DNA of 60,489 nt, filler included. It is 8 parts of 8 records of this genome, joined end to end, with 100 filler letters (N's around TTAATTAATTAA, not from the genome) between each part and the next. Parts side by side here need not be neighbours in the genome. Positions count along the whole stretch, not along the records: positions 27,299 to 34,092 come from SRR31147125_134403; positions 34,193 to 48,331 come from SRR31147125_135998; 6 more parts are not named here. The stretch is one strand, 5' to 3'. A program made the translations under genes and the position numbers. This document shows positions 31,505-40,688 of the stretch, piece after piece; within the stretch, counting starts at the first letter, position 1, and each line of letters begins with the position of its first letter. Below the pieces are notes generated by a model. That model saw nothing but the letters and a program-made list of their open reading frames with translations, ran no database searches and was not told the origin of the DNA.

Positions 31505-32503
31505 ATGACGTTAACCGACTGGGGATGGGGGCCATTTTTTGCGGATCAATTTTCAGCCATCGCCCGTCCCAAATTGATCCCGGCACGGGTCATCCGTGGT
31601 GAAAAAAATTATTTCCGCGTTTGGTCGGAACAGGGAGAACTGACGGTTCGTTTCGCCGGAAAAATCCGCTACAAAGCGGACGGGCGCAAGGACTTGCCAG
31701 TAGTCGGTGACTGGGTCGTCGTCGAACCGCAACCGGACCAGCGCGGAATCATTCACTCCCTGCTGAAGCGCAACACATCCTTTTCACGCAATCTCCCCGG
31801 GCGCAGAAAAGGAAAAGGGCAGGAACGCGTTGAAGAACAGGTCATCGCGGCCAATGTTGACTTGATTTTTATTGTCAGCGGCCTTGACCGGGACTTCAAC
31901 CTGCGGCGCATCGAACGCTACCTGACCCTGGTCGGAGGCAGCGGTGCGGATGCAGTCATTATCCTGAACAAAACAGACCTCTGTGATGACCCCGATCTCT
32001 GCCGCGAACAGACTCTGGAAATCGCCGGCAACTCTCCGGTTCACCTGTGCATGGCCAAAGGAAAAGAACCCGTACACTTCCTTGAACCTTACCTGAAAGC
32101 GGGCCAGACGATTGCCCTGCTCGGATCTTCCGGTGTCGGAAAATCAACCATTATCAACGCCCTTTTGGGCGAGGAGCGCCAAAAGGTCGCCACTGTCAGT
32201 CAGAGTGACGGCAAGGGCCGCCACACAACAACTCACCGCGAACTTTTTCTGCTGTCAAACGGCGCCATACTAATGGACAATCCAGGAATGAAAGAGCTCC
32301 ATCTCTGGGGAGACAAGGAAGACCTGTCCGAATCTTTCAATGATATCGAAAGCTTGGCAGCGAGGTGCAAATTCAGCGACTGTCGTCACCGCTCTGAACC
32401 AAAATGCGCTGTCTTGGCAGCCGTTGAGGCAGGGGACTTGAGTCTGGAGCGGCTGGCAAGCTATCATAAACTCATGGATGAACTGGGGAAAATCAAACGC
32501 TGA
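31505..32503 (+). CDS. rsgA: Ribosome small subunit-dependent GTPase A
   Basis: VVGDWV, NKTD, GSSGVGKS, GRHTTT, DNPG and Zn finger CKFSDCRH..EPKC. Confidence 0.96.
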   Translation: MTLTDWGWGPFFADQFSAIARPKLIPARVIRGEKNYFRVWSEQGELTVRFAGKIRYKADGRKDLPVVGDWVVVEPQPDQRGIIHSLLKRNTSFSRNLPGRRKGKGQERVEEQVIAANVDLIFIVSGLDRDFNLRRIERYLTLVGGSGADAVIILNKTDLCDDPDLCREQTLEIAGNSPVHLCMAKGKEPVHFLEPYLKAGQTIALLGSSGVGKSTIINALLGEERQKVATVSQSDGKGRHTTTHRELFLLSNGAILMDNPGMKELHLWGDKEDLSESFNDIESLAARCKFSDCRHRSEPKCAVLAAVEAGDLSLERLASYHKLMDELGKIKR

Positions 32504-32570
32504 ATTCTAATTTTTCTTCGCTTTCCTCGAGCCGATGAATCATGCATACTTTTGTATTCATTGAGTTTGC

Positions 32571-34092
32571 ATGATCTGCCTCCAAGGGGGATGTTCGTTG
32601 CGCTGGTCATATCTCATCATCTGTTGCATCGTCCTGATACCCGGCCTGCTGTGTGCCCAAACAGTCCGGATCGGCATCGACAACAACCCTCCGCTAACCC
32701 TCTTTCAACAGGACCAGGCCACAGGACTCTTCCCCGAACTTTTCGACAAGATGGCCACCCAAACAGGCTGGTCAATCACGTACCAATCCTGCCAATGGAA
32801 AGAATGCCTTGAGCAGCTTAAAGCAGGAGAGATCGATATCCTGCCGGCAATTGCCCACACCCCGAAACGCGCAAAGCAGTTCAACTTTGCCGCCGAGACA
32901 ATTTTCACAAGCTGGGGGCAGATTTATCACCGCAAAGACCTCCCGGTCAGTTCCATTCTCGAGTTGGACGGAAAACGTTGTGCCGTTCTCAGTAAGGACA
33001 TTTATTACGTTGGCGATCACGGCCTAAAGCAAGCCACCGAAAATTTCGGTATTTCAGTCGACTTTATCGAAGCTCCCAGCAATAGCGAAGTCTTTGAACT
33101 CCTCGCGAATGGGCGAGCAGATGTCGCCATGGTCGGTCGCATCTTCGGCCTGCAGACCTATCATCAATACGACTTCCTCCCCGCCCCCATTATGATCAAG
33201 CCGATTCAGGTCCGCCCGGCCTTCTCTCAATCCGCCCCAGCGGACCTGACAAAACGCTTCGATCAAATCATCAGCCAGTGGAAGAAAAAGCCGGGATCCC
33301 CTTATTATGGGCTGGTGGATAAATGGCTGGGAGAAAGCCCGCAGGGAGCTCTCCCACCCTGGCTGATTCCACTGGTCGCTTCTCTCAGCGGAGCCCTCCT
33401 GCTGTTGGGAATCAGTACTTACTGGACAAAGAGGCTGGTCCGGATAAAAACACTGGAGCTTGCCGAAAAAAACTCTCTGCTCCAGCAGGAACTTGAAGAA
33501 CGCTCCCTGATTGAGCAGAAATTGACAGAGAGCAAAGAGCAATATCGAATTTTCTTTGAAGAGTCCCACTCGATCATGCTTTTGATCGACCCGGATGATG
33601 CCAGCATCGTTGACGCCAACCCGGCCGCCTGCACATTTTACAAGTATTCCCGCGATCAGCTGAAATCGATGAAAATGTGGCAGATCAACCGTCTGGGAGA
33701 GGCCGAAGTGCAAAAGCGTCTGGCCAAAATCAAAAACCAGAAGCAGCAACGCTTCGAATTCATCCACACGCTGGCTGACGGGCAGGAGATCCCGGTTGAA
33801 GTCTACCGGACTCCCATCAACGTCAAAGGCCGGACACTGCTCTACGCCATCGTTCACGACATCAGCAAACGGAAAAAAGCAGAAAAAGCTCTGGAAGAGC
33901 ACAACCAGTTTCTACAGACCGTTATGGACGGGGTTTCCGATCCGCTGATGGTCATCGGCTTCGATTATCAGGTTCTGATGATGAATCAGGCGGCGCGCAG
34001 TCAGGTCAAAAACGGCTTTGGCCCGGACGATATCATCACCTGCCACCAGCTGTCCCACGCTTCAACCGTCCCCTGTGATGGGAAAGAGCACC
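32571..34092 (+). CDS. Sensor protein: periplasmic substrate-binding domain, TM and PAS domains (truncated before the output domain)
   Basis: NPPL...GEIDIL PBPb-like domain, a TM at about aa 262-285, and PAS motifs DANPAAC...HDISKRK. Confidence 0.85.
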
Positions 34093-34192
34093 NNNNNNNN
34101 NNNNNNNNNNNNNNNNNNNNNNNNNNNNNNNNNNNNTTAATTAATTAANNNNNNNNNNNNNNNNNNNNNNNNNNNNNNNNNNNNNNNNNNNN
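34093..34192. other. Artificial contig spacer
   Basis: 44 N + TTAATTAATTAA + 44 N. Confidence 0.99.
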
Positions 34193-34261
34193 AAAAATTC
34201 TGTTGCGAAACATGGTTTTACCCAAAACGATCGGTGTAAATGTGTTTTTATATTTTGACAT
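34193..34261 (-). CDS. N-terminus of an NADH:flavin oxidoreductase (old yellow enzyme family), truncated
   Basis: AAGGAG RBS, then MSKYKNTFTPIVLGKTMFRNRIF, matching the F.P...G...L/FKNRI start typical of the OYE family. Only 23 codons are visible. Confidence 0.7.
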
Positions 34262-34341
34262 GGTTATCGTTCTCCTTAAAAGCATTTACAGTCTGACTCA
34301 CTGTCGCAGCGCGTAACGATATCCAGCTTTAAACGCGCCGG

Positions 34342-35397
34342 CTATAGCCACCTCAAAAGCGTCACCGCAACCTGTACGCCCGTAGAGGGCGACCAAAGCG
34401 CGACCAAATCGTTTGGAGCAAATAAACCGGCTCCCGAAAAATCGGCAAGATCAATAAGGCCGTCGGCGCATCCGGTGTTGCCAATCTTTTTTTGCTGATT
34501 TTTAAGTGTTTCGGCTTTTAACCCGGCAGCGGATAAATCTTCTGTCCAGATTTCTGTCAGGTCGCCGAGATGCGGCGTGATAACATGGTTTATATCCGTG
34601 AGACGCAGTCCGGCCTTTTGGGCCGCGCGGCTCAGGGTATCGGTTATAAACGTTTTTCCGCCGGCGATTTCCCGGAGCATTGGATCATAGGAGATGAGAT
34701 AAGCACCGTATGTATCGTCCATTTCAGCGCTAAAGCACAGGTCGCGGTTTCTCGGCATACGTACAGGTCCGTAATCGCCGTTGAGCGTCCCCGTGGTTCT
34801 CGGCGTAACGGCATAGGTCTCAAAATGAAAACCAATAAGCTCGCACGTCACATTTTCCGCCGAGACGATGGCCGCGCCGGCCCCGTCCCCCAGATGCAGG
34901 CTCCAGGGCTCGGTAAGATCAGCGCCAAAGCCGTATTTGCCGCCGATCTGAGCGCCGGCGGCCACAAGGAGAATCCGCCGGCAAATGCCGCTGTCGACAT
35001 AAATGCGCGCTAAATTCATCATACTCGGCACACTGACCGCGTTATCGTTTATATTTCTTGCAATAATGCCTCTTTGAAGGCCAAGATTCAGCTGAAGATA
35101 CGATACCAGAAGCGGCATGAACTGCTTGCCGCCGGTTTGCGTAACCAGAAGTCCGTCAATATCATTTGGCGTCAGGCCGGCTTCCCGGATGGCCTTTTCC
35201 GCAGCGGACAGCGCCATATGCTCCAGGGCGCTGGGATCCTTTAACCGATGTACCGTCTCCGGCGCCGTATCCATCAAAGTACGTCTTTCCGCCGCCGGCA
35301 GCTTTGCAATTTCAGGCGCTAAATATTCATAGTATTCTTTTACGTTAAGCGTTTCCCCCGGGAGATAGCTGACAATTGACTCAAACCCTATTTTCAT
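34342..35397 (-). CDS. FabH/KAS-III-like protein lacking the catalytic cysteine
   Basis: Thiolase-fold motifs MALSAAEKAI...DID, GDGAGA, ITPHLG and GNTG. The catalytic loop reads NINDNAVS, with Ala at the Cys position. Confidence 0.85.
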   Translation of the reverse strand: MKIGFESIVSYLPGETLNVKEYYEYLAPEIAKLPAAERRTLMDTAPETVHRLKDPSALEHMALSAAEKAIREAGLTPNDIDGLLVTQTGGKQFMPLLVSYLQLNLGLQRGIIARNINDNAVSVPSMMNLARIYVDSGICRRILLVAAGAQIGGKYGFGADLTEPWSLHLGDGAGAAIVSAENVTCELIGFHFETYAVTPRTTGTLNGDYGPVRMPRNRDLCFSAEMDDTYGAYLISYDPMLREIAGGKTFITDTLSRAAQKAGLRLTDINHVITPHLGDLTEIWTEDLSAAGLKAETLKNQQKKIGNTGCADGLIDLADFSGAGLFAPNDLVALWSPSTGVQVAVTLLRWL

Positions 35398-35412
35398 CTT
35401 AAACGCTCCATT

Positions 35413-36417
35413 TCACAGCCAGCGCAGCATCAGCCCGCCGAGCGAAACGCCCGAGCCGGGTACCCACAGCACAACAACCGAATCTTTTTGGACAACACCC
35501 TGCTCAACAAAATAGAGTAAATCCAGCGGGAGATCGGTATGTCCCGTGTTGCCATATTTCAGCCGTAGATTCTTAAAGACCTCTTCCCTGCTGCCGCAGG
35601 CCACAAGCTCCCTCTTCCAGGCCGCTTCGCAGTCGCCAAGATGATGACAGATCAGGGCGTCAATTTCAGACGTCGCAATACCCGCCTGATTGCACATTCT
35701 GGTAAGGCTGCCGGCCAGATACCCATGCTCGGTCGCAACCTTTATGTATGAAATATCATCCATGCGGAAAAACGGACCGCAGGGACACGGCGCGCCGGCT
35801 ACTTCCGCCAGGTCCGGATTGCGCAGCGGCGAGATGTCGCCGCAGGCCGAATGATATCCGCGCCCGTCCACCGCCGTATCATAGGCCAGAAATTCGCATT
35901 TCAGATTCTGCCTGGACACGATCACCGCGGCAGCGCCGTCGCCAAAGTTCGGGGCGATGGGATCGGTAAGGTCCGTTGTGGACCAGGGCTCCCCTCCGCC
36001 CAAAGCGGCGGACGCGACGACGAGAACCCGGTTGGCTTCGCCCGTTTCAACCAGCATCCACGCAATTTGCAGAAGGTTTAAAAAGCTGGCACAGCAGTCT
36101 GCTATGTTGAGCATGGGCGTATCCAGACGCAGGCCCAGCTCCTTATGAAGGCTGACCTCCGCGCCCAGCACATAATCAATATCCGGACCGGTTAAGCCGC
36201 TTTGCTTGAGCGCGTCCTGCGCTACCTCGATCGCCATATTTATCGCACGCCCGCCCTCGCGGCCGGAATAGGTTCGCACCTCATCCGGCACGATAGAAAA
36301 AGCCGCACGCTTTTCCGGGGACAGCTTCTCCAGGGCCGGCTGCAGGTAAGAAAAATGCTCCCTGGAAAGCACCAGCTTTGGCGTGTGACGAACGATGGTT
36401 TCAAAACCGATGGGCAT
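35413..36417 (-). CDS. FabH/KAS-III-like condensing enzyme with an intact Cys-His-Asn set
   Basis: NIADCCAS, FGDGAAA, ICHHLG and YGNTG motifs. The likely start is MPIGFETI at 36417, after AAAGGAAG. Confidence 0.87.
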   Translation of the reverse strand: MPIGFETIVRHTPKLVLSREHFSYLQPALEKLSPEKRAAFSIVPDEVRTYSGREGGRAINMAIEVAQDALKQSGLTGPDIDYVLGAEVSLHKELGLRLDTPMLNIADCCASFLNLLQIAWMLVETGEANRVLVVASAALGGGEPWSTTDLTDPIAPNFGDGAAAVIVSRQNLKCEFLAYDTAVDGRGYHSACGDISPLRNPDLAEVAGAPCPCGPFFRMDDISYIKVATEHGYLAGSLTRMCNQAGIATSEIDALICHHLGDCEAAWKRELVACGSREEVFKNLRLKYGNTGHTDLPLDLLYFVEQGVVQKDSVVVLWVPGSGVSLGGLMLRWL

Positions 36418-36451
36418 TTTACACTTCCTTTCTTCTATGTACACGTTTTTT

Positions 36452-37243
36452 TCACAGCTCAAAGTGATCGCCGCCGGCAAATGACGCCCCGCCGTCGACG
36501 ACAAACTGGGAGGCCGTAATCCATTCCGCCTCGTCAGACGCCAGATAGGTTGCACAGTAGGCAATATCCTTGGCGCTGCCGATCCGGTCGCACAATAACG
36601 AGCCCAGTAAGTTACGTATGGCTTCGGGGTCCCCGCCGTCCAGCTTACAGCTGTCAGGCGTCATCCCGGTGTCGCAGGGGCCGGGACAGATCACATTGAG
36701 CCGGACACCCTGCGGCGTATATTCCCGGGCAAGATTTCGGGTCAGCATGGCGATGGCGGCTTTAAAAGAACCATAATAATACGCGTAGGACTCGGGCTGG
36801 TATACCGATATTGAGGCGATATTTGTCACAGAGGATTTACCACTGGCTACAAGGTCGGGCAAAAATGCCCGCATCATCCAAACCGCACCGCGATAATTCG
36901 TTTCAAAAAGCTTTTGCATATCCTCGTCTGTTTGGTTCATGAAGCGGTCCAGGACCACAATGCCCGCGGCGTTGACAAGCGTCGTCACACCGCCGTATCG
37001 GGCCAGCGCCGTTTCCCGGACCTTTGCGATATCTTCCTTTTTTCTCAGGTCACACGGGACAAACACCGCATCGCCGCCGGACGCCACAATGTCATCAATT
37101 GTGTTCTGCCCGTGTTCAGCATCATAGTCGCACCCGACGACCTGAGCCCCCTCTTCCGCAAACATTTTCGCAATAGCCTGCCCCATCCCGGACGCAACGC
37201 CCGTGATAACCGCAGTTTTACCTTCCAACCTCAGCCTCAGCAT
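36452..37243 (-). CDS. Classical SDR family oxidoreductase (probably NAD(H)-preferring)
   Basis: TGVASGMG, Asp at the end of beta2 (GCD), NAAG, NIAS, YGSFK, CPG and VDGG. Confidence 0.93.
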   Translation of the reverse strand: MLRLRLEGKTAVITGVASGMGQAIAKMFAEEGAQVVGCDYDAEHGQNTIDDIVASGGDAVFVPCDLRKKEDIAKVRETALARYGGVTTLVNAAGIVVLDRFMNQTDEDMQKLFETNYRGAVWMMRAFLPDLVASGKSSVTNIASISVYQPESYAYYYGSFKAAIAMLTRNLAREYTPQGVRLNVICPGPCDTGMTPDSCKLDGGDPEAIRNLLGSLLCDRIGSAKDIAYCATYLASDEAEWITASQFVVDGGASFAGGDHFEL

Positions 37244-37259
37244 AGAACCACCTCATTTT

Positions 37260-37287
37260 TAGAATTTAATTCTAGAATTATACTATA
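37260..37287. promoter_or_regulatory. Probable TetR operator (tandem)
   Basis: Perfect palindrome TAGAATT-T-AATTCTA (37260-37274) overlapping an imperfect copy, TAGAATTATACTATA (37273-37287), in the divergent SDR/TetR intergenic region. Confidence 0.65.
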
Positions 37288-37373
37288 AAAACTTCCTCTG
37301 AAAGTCAATGACGACTTTACTAAGTCTTTTTCGTGCGCTATGATGGGACTATCGTATGTACGGAGGATAAAAC

Positions 37374-37967
37374 GTGTCAATAATCCGGGAAAAACAAATA
37401 AGACGCCGGGCCGAGATTCTGGAAAAGGTCATGGACTTACTTAGACTCAAGCCATATGAGGACGTCACCGTTCAGGATATCTGTCAGATTTCGAATATTT
37501 CGGTCGGCAGCTTCTATCATTATTTTAAACAAAAATCAGAGCTGCTGACCGGGCTCATGGAGCTGATCGATTTTTACATGGTTGATCAAGTATTCCCGCG
37601 TCTGACAAGCCCAAGCGCCTACGAGAATCTGCGGGAGCTGAGCCGTGGCTTTGCGGTCTATGTCAATGAAAGCGGTATTGAAATATCAAAATTGATCTCG
37701 CGGTGCTCGCTGACCGAGTATAGTCTCGGTAATGAAAAGCGGCCGATGTACGAAAAGCTTATTGAGATTATTTCACACGGCCAGGAAAACGGCGAGCTTA
37801 AAACGCTGATGGCGCCAGAAAAAATTGCCGATTTGCTGGTTATGGCTATGAGCGGCGTGGCGGTTGACTGGTCGCGCAGGGACGGGTGCTATTCGATAAG
37901 CGAGCGTATGGATGAATTTACGGCTTTGCTGTTTTCATCTCTTTTGAGGCGTGCTGATTGTGATTAA
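37374..37967 (+). CDS. TetR/AcrR family regulator
   Basis: HTH YEDVTVQDICQISNISVGSFYHYFKQK; divergent from the SDR operon. Confidence 0.93.
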   Translation: MSIIREKQIRRRAEILEKVMDLLRLKPYEDVTVQDICQISNISVGSFYHYFKQKSELLTGLMELIDFYMVDQVFPRLTSPSAYENLRELSRGFAVYVNESGIEISKLISRCSLTEYSLGNEKRPMYEKLIEIISHGQENGELKTLMAPEKIADLLVMAMSGVAVDWSRRDGCYSISERMDEFTALLFSSLLRRADCD

Positions 37968-38024
37968 AATTACTGAAAGAAAAGCATTCTTTGTGCGGAT
38001 GCTTTTCCATTCAGCCGAATAAAA

Positions 38025-38058
38025 CTTTAACAATTCTTAAACAACTGTGCGCTATAAT
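38025..38058 (+). promoter_or_regulatory. OmpR-type tandem direct repeat plus -10 element (autoregulated two-component promoter)
   Basis: 11-bp tandem CTTTAACAATT/CTTAAACAACT in the -35 region, followed by TATAAT at 38053-38058. Confidence 0.6.
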
Positions 38059-38089
38059 TGCTCCGAACGATTAACATGGAGGCATTTCT

Positions 38090-38761
38090 ATGATTAACAT
38101 TCTCGTTGTGGAAGACGATGTAAAACTGAATCAGCTTGCGTGTACGTATCTTAATGACAACGGATACGCTGCCAAGGGCTGCTTAAATCCCAATGAGGCC
38201 TATGACCTGATGTATAACAGCCTGTTTGATCTCATCATTTCCGACATTATGATGCCAGAAATCGATGGTTTTGAGTTTGCCGAAACCGTCCGGGAAATCA
38301 ATAAAACCATCCCCATTTTATTTATGACAGCTAAAGATGATCTAGCATCCAAGCAGAAAGGCTTCCGCGCCGGCATTGACGATTACATGGTTAAGCCTAT
38401 CGAAATGGACGAGCTGGTGCTGCGCGTCGGCGCGCTGCTGCGACGGGCTAACATCACAAGTGAAAAGCGTATGACGGCGGGAAGCCTCGTTATGGACGCG
38501 GATGCGATGACGGCTTCGGTAAACGGTGAAGATGTCGCCTTGACGGTGCGGGAGTTCAACATTCTCTTCAAGCTCCTGTCCTACCCGAACCGCACCTTTT
38601 CCCGTGCCCAGCTTATGGACGAATTTTGGGGTGTAGACAGTGAAACCAGCCTGCGCGCTGTGGATGTGTATATCACGAAGCTTCGCGATAAATTCTCCAA
38701 CTGCGATGGTTTTAAAATTGTTACGGTGCACGGCTTGGGCTACAAGGCGGTTTTATCATGA
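38090..38761 (+). CDS. OmpR/PhoB family response regulator (HssR-like)
   Basis: VVEDD, SDIMMP, MTAK, DDYMVKP and winged helix VHGLGY. Confidence 0.95.
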   Translation: MINILVVEDDVKLNQLACTYLNDNGYAAKGCLNPNEAYDLMYNSLFDLIISDIMMPEIDGFEFAETVREINKTIPILFMTAKDDLASKQKGFRAGIDDYMVKPIEMDELVLRVGALLRRANITSEKRMTAGSLVMDADAMTASVNGEDVALTVREFNILFKLLSYPNRTFSRAQLMDEFWGVDSETSLRAVDVYITKLRDKFSNCDGFKIVTVHGLGYKAVLS

Positions 38762-39831
38762 CGCGACAGCATAAAAAACAAATTCAAGAGGATATCCGGG
38801 TCAAATCAAAACATTTCACATGGCGCGAAATTGCTTTGACCTATTTCGTTTTGCTGACGTTATCTGCCGGGCAGTGGATGATCTATCACGAATATGTGGG
38901 CTTTGGCAATTTCCCGGCGGAATATATCTGGGGGATGCTGGGCTATTGGGCGATTGTCGCCGCCGTTTTCAGCATTATTGTCGCGCGTCAAAAAATTCAA
39001 AAATATGATAAGCCGATGAGAAAACTCGGCGAAGCGGCCAAACAGGTTGCGGAGGGTGATTTTTCGGTTTGGCTGGAGCCTATGCATTCTGCGGACAAGC
39101 TGGATTATGTCGACGTAATGTTTGAGGATTTTAATAAGATGGTGGAGGAACTGGGCAGTATTGAAACACTGAAAAACGACTTTATATCCAATGTCTCCCA
39201 CGAAATCCGCACACCGCTGTCCGTCATCCAAAGCTACGCCACGGCACTGCAAAAAGAAGACCTGCCGCCGGACAAACGCATCGAATATGCCGACACCATT
39301 ATCACCGCATCCAAAAACCTGACGGCACTGGTAACCAATATATTAAAACTCAGCAAGCTGGAAAATCAGGAGATCATGCCCAGCTCCGAGCCCTTTGACT
39401 TATGCCGCCAGTTGGGTGAATGCGCGCTGACCTTTGAGAGCATATGGGAGCGCAAGGGCATTACATTTGAAGCCGACATCGAAGACCGCGCCATCATACG
39501 TGCCGATGAAAGCATGCTCGAAATTGTCTGGCACAATCTATTGTCCAATGCTTTGAAATTTACACCCTCCGGCGGCAAGATTACCTTAACGCAGACCTCG
39601 GATGAGGACAGCGTGACGGTGTCTGTATCCGATACGGGCTGCGGTATGAGCGACGAAACGATGAAGCACATCTTTGATAAATTTTATCAGGGCGAGCCCT
39701 CGCGCTCGAGCGAAGGCAACGGTTTGGGCCTCGCTCTGACGCTGCGCGTTATTGAATTGACAGGCGGGTCCATATCGGTTAAGAGCGAACTCGGAAAAGG
39801 ATCAACATTTACCGTGCGGTTAATGAGCTAA
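38758..39831 (+). CDS. HAMP-domain sensor histidine kinase
   Basis: Two TMs, HAMP, SHEIRTPL, NLLSNALKF, DTGCG and GNGLGL. Confidence 0.95.
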   Translation: MTRQHKKQIQEDIRVKSKHFTWREIALTYFVLLTLSAGQWMIYHEYVGFGNFPAEYIWGMLGYWAIVAAVFSIIVARQKIQKYDKPMRKLGEAAKQVAEGDFSVWLEPMHSADKLDYVDVMFEDFNKMVEELGSIETLKNDFISNVSHEIRTPLSVIQSYATALQKEDLPPDKRIEYADTIITASKNLTALVTNILKLSKLENQEIMPSSEPFDLCRQLGECALTFESIWERKGITFEADIEDRAIIRADESMLEIVWHNLLSNALKFTPSGGKITLTQTSDEDSVTVSVSDTGCGMSDETMKHIFDKFYQGEPSRSSEGNGLGLALTLRVIELTGGSISVKSELGKGSTFTVRLMS

Positions 39832-39855
39832 GCCGTTCGGCAAGTAAATACGAAA

Positions 39856-39881
39856 GCGGCCGGCTCATATGAGCCGGCCGC
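39856..39881. repeat. 26-bp perfect GC-rich palindrome (hairpin after the kinase gene)
   Basis: GCGGCCGGCTCATATGAGCCGGCCGC. Confidence 0.8.
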
Positions 39882-40501
39882 AGACTGTCGAAAAAATAAA
39901 TTCATTACCTATCGGGGCCGGGACAATAGGCCTGTGCGTACTGAGCAGTCTGATAGCGCAGGGAAACAAAAACATCGCTGTACTGGACATTGATGACGGG
40001 CGGCTTGCGACCGTCGAATTAATCGGGGGCATTGGCTTCAATACCAGGAAAAGCCCGGAAGCCGTACTGAAATTTTTAGAGAGCCAATTTGGCGTTATGG
40101 ATAATACTAATCATCGGCTCGGTACGGAAAACGGACAAATGACGATCGAAGCCAATCAGGTGTTAAATATTGATGTTGTTTTTGACTGCGCGGGACGACC
40201 CGAATATGTCGATATGTTTATTAAACACGCAAAACAGCATGCCAGATATTGCTGCATCGCCGTTCATAAGGACGCCATTCCGATACGCTTCCACGAAATT
40301 ATGAGTACGCAATGTGCGATTATGGGCTCCCGGGGTTACGACAGGAAGGATATTGAAGAAGTCATATCAAATCTTACGAAAAAGAATTCAAAAGTAACGG
40401 AAATTATCACGCATACATTCCCGCTGAATGACGCCCAGAAAGCTTTTGACGTCGCGTCTGACCCGGCTCAAGCCATTAAGGTTGTAGTAGATTTGGAATA
40501 A
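39869..40501 (+). pseudogene. Zn-dependent (MDR) alcohol dehydrogenase remnant: Rossmann and C-terminal part only
   Basis: GAGTIG, VFDCAG, IMGS, IITHTFPL and IKVVV are present. The N-terminal GroES-like catalytic domain (C..D, GHE) is missing, and the ATG lies inside the palindrome with no RBS. Confidence 0.7.
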
Positions 40502-40543
40502 GCTCTTCAAAACTTTTACTGCCATGTAGGCCGCGTTTATATA

Positions 40544-40594
40544 AATAAAAGCAGTCCGAATTCGAGAAAAAAACCGAGTTCGGACTGCTTTATT
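40544..40594. terminator. Hairpin terminator between convergent genes
   Basis: AATAAAAGCAGTCCGAATTCG...CGAGTTCGGACTGCTTTATT. Confidence 0.75.
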
Positions 40595-40688
40595 AACGCG
40601 GGGGATATATCACTCGTGAAAAAAGGCATCTGCATATCAATGCGGGCGGAGATATAGAGCCCTAAGCGTTTATATGCCCGGCGCTATG

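Noticed and set aside
33054-33902. Long antisense or alternate-frame ORFs (e.g. 33054-33902, 17379-18122, 42539-43249, 46507-47187, 53164-53826, 14209-14850)
   Set aside because: They shadow well-supported genes, have no motifs or RBS, and are expected in GC-rich coding DNA.
36452-37243. Calling the SDR a phloroglucinol reductase
   Set aside because: Only generic SDR motifs are visible. The Asp after beta2 suggests NAD(H), whereas described phloroglucinol reductases use NADPH. It cannot be assigned without an alignment.
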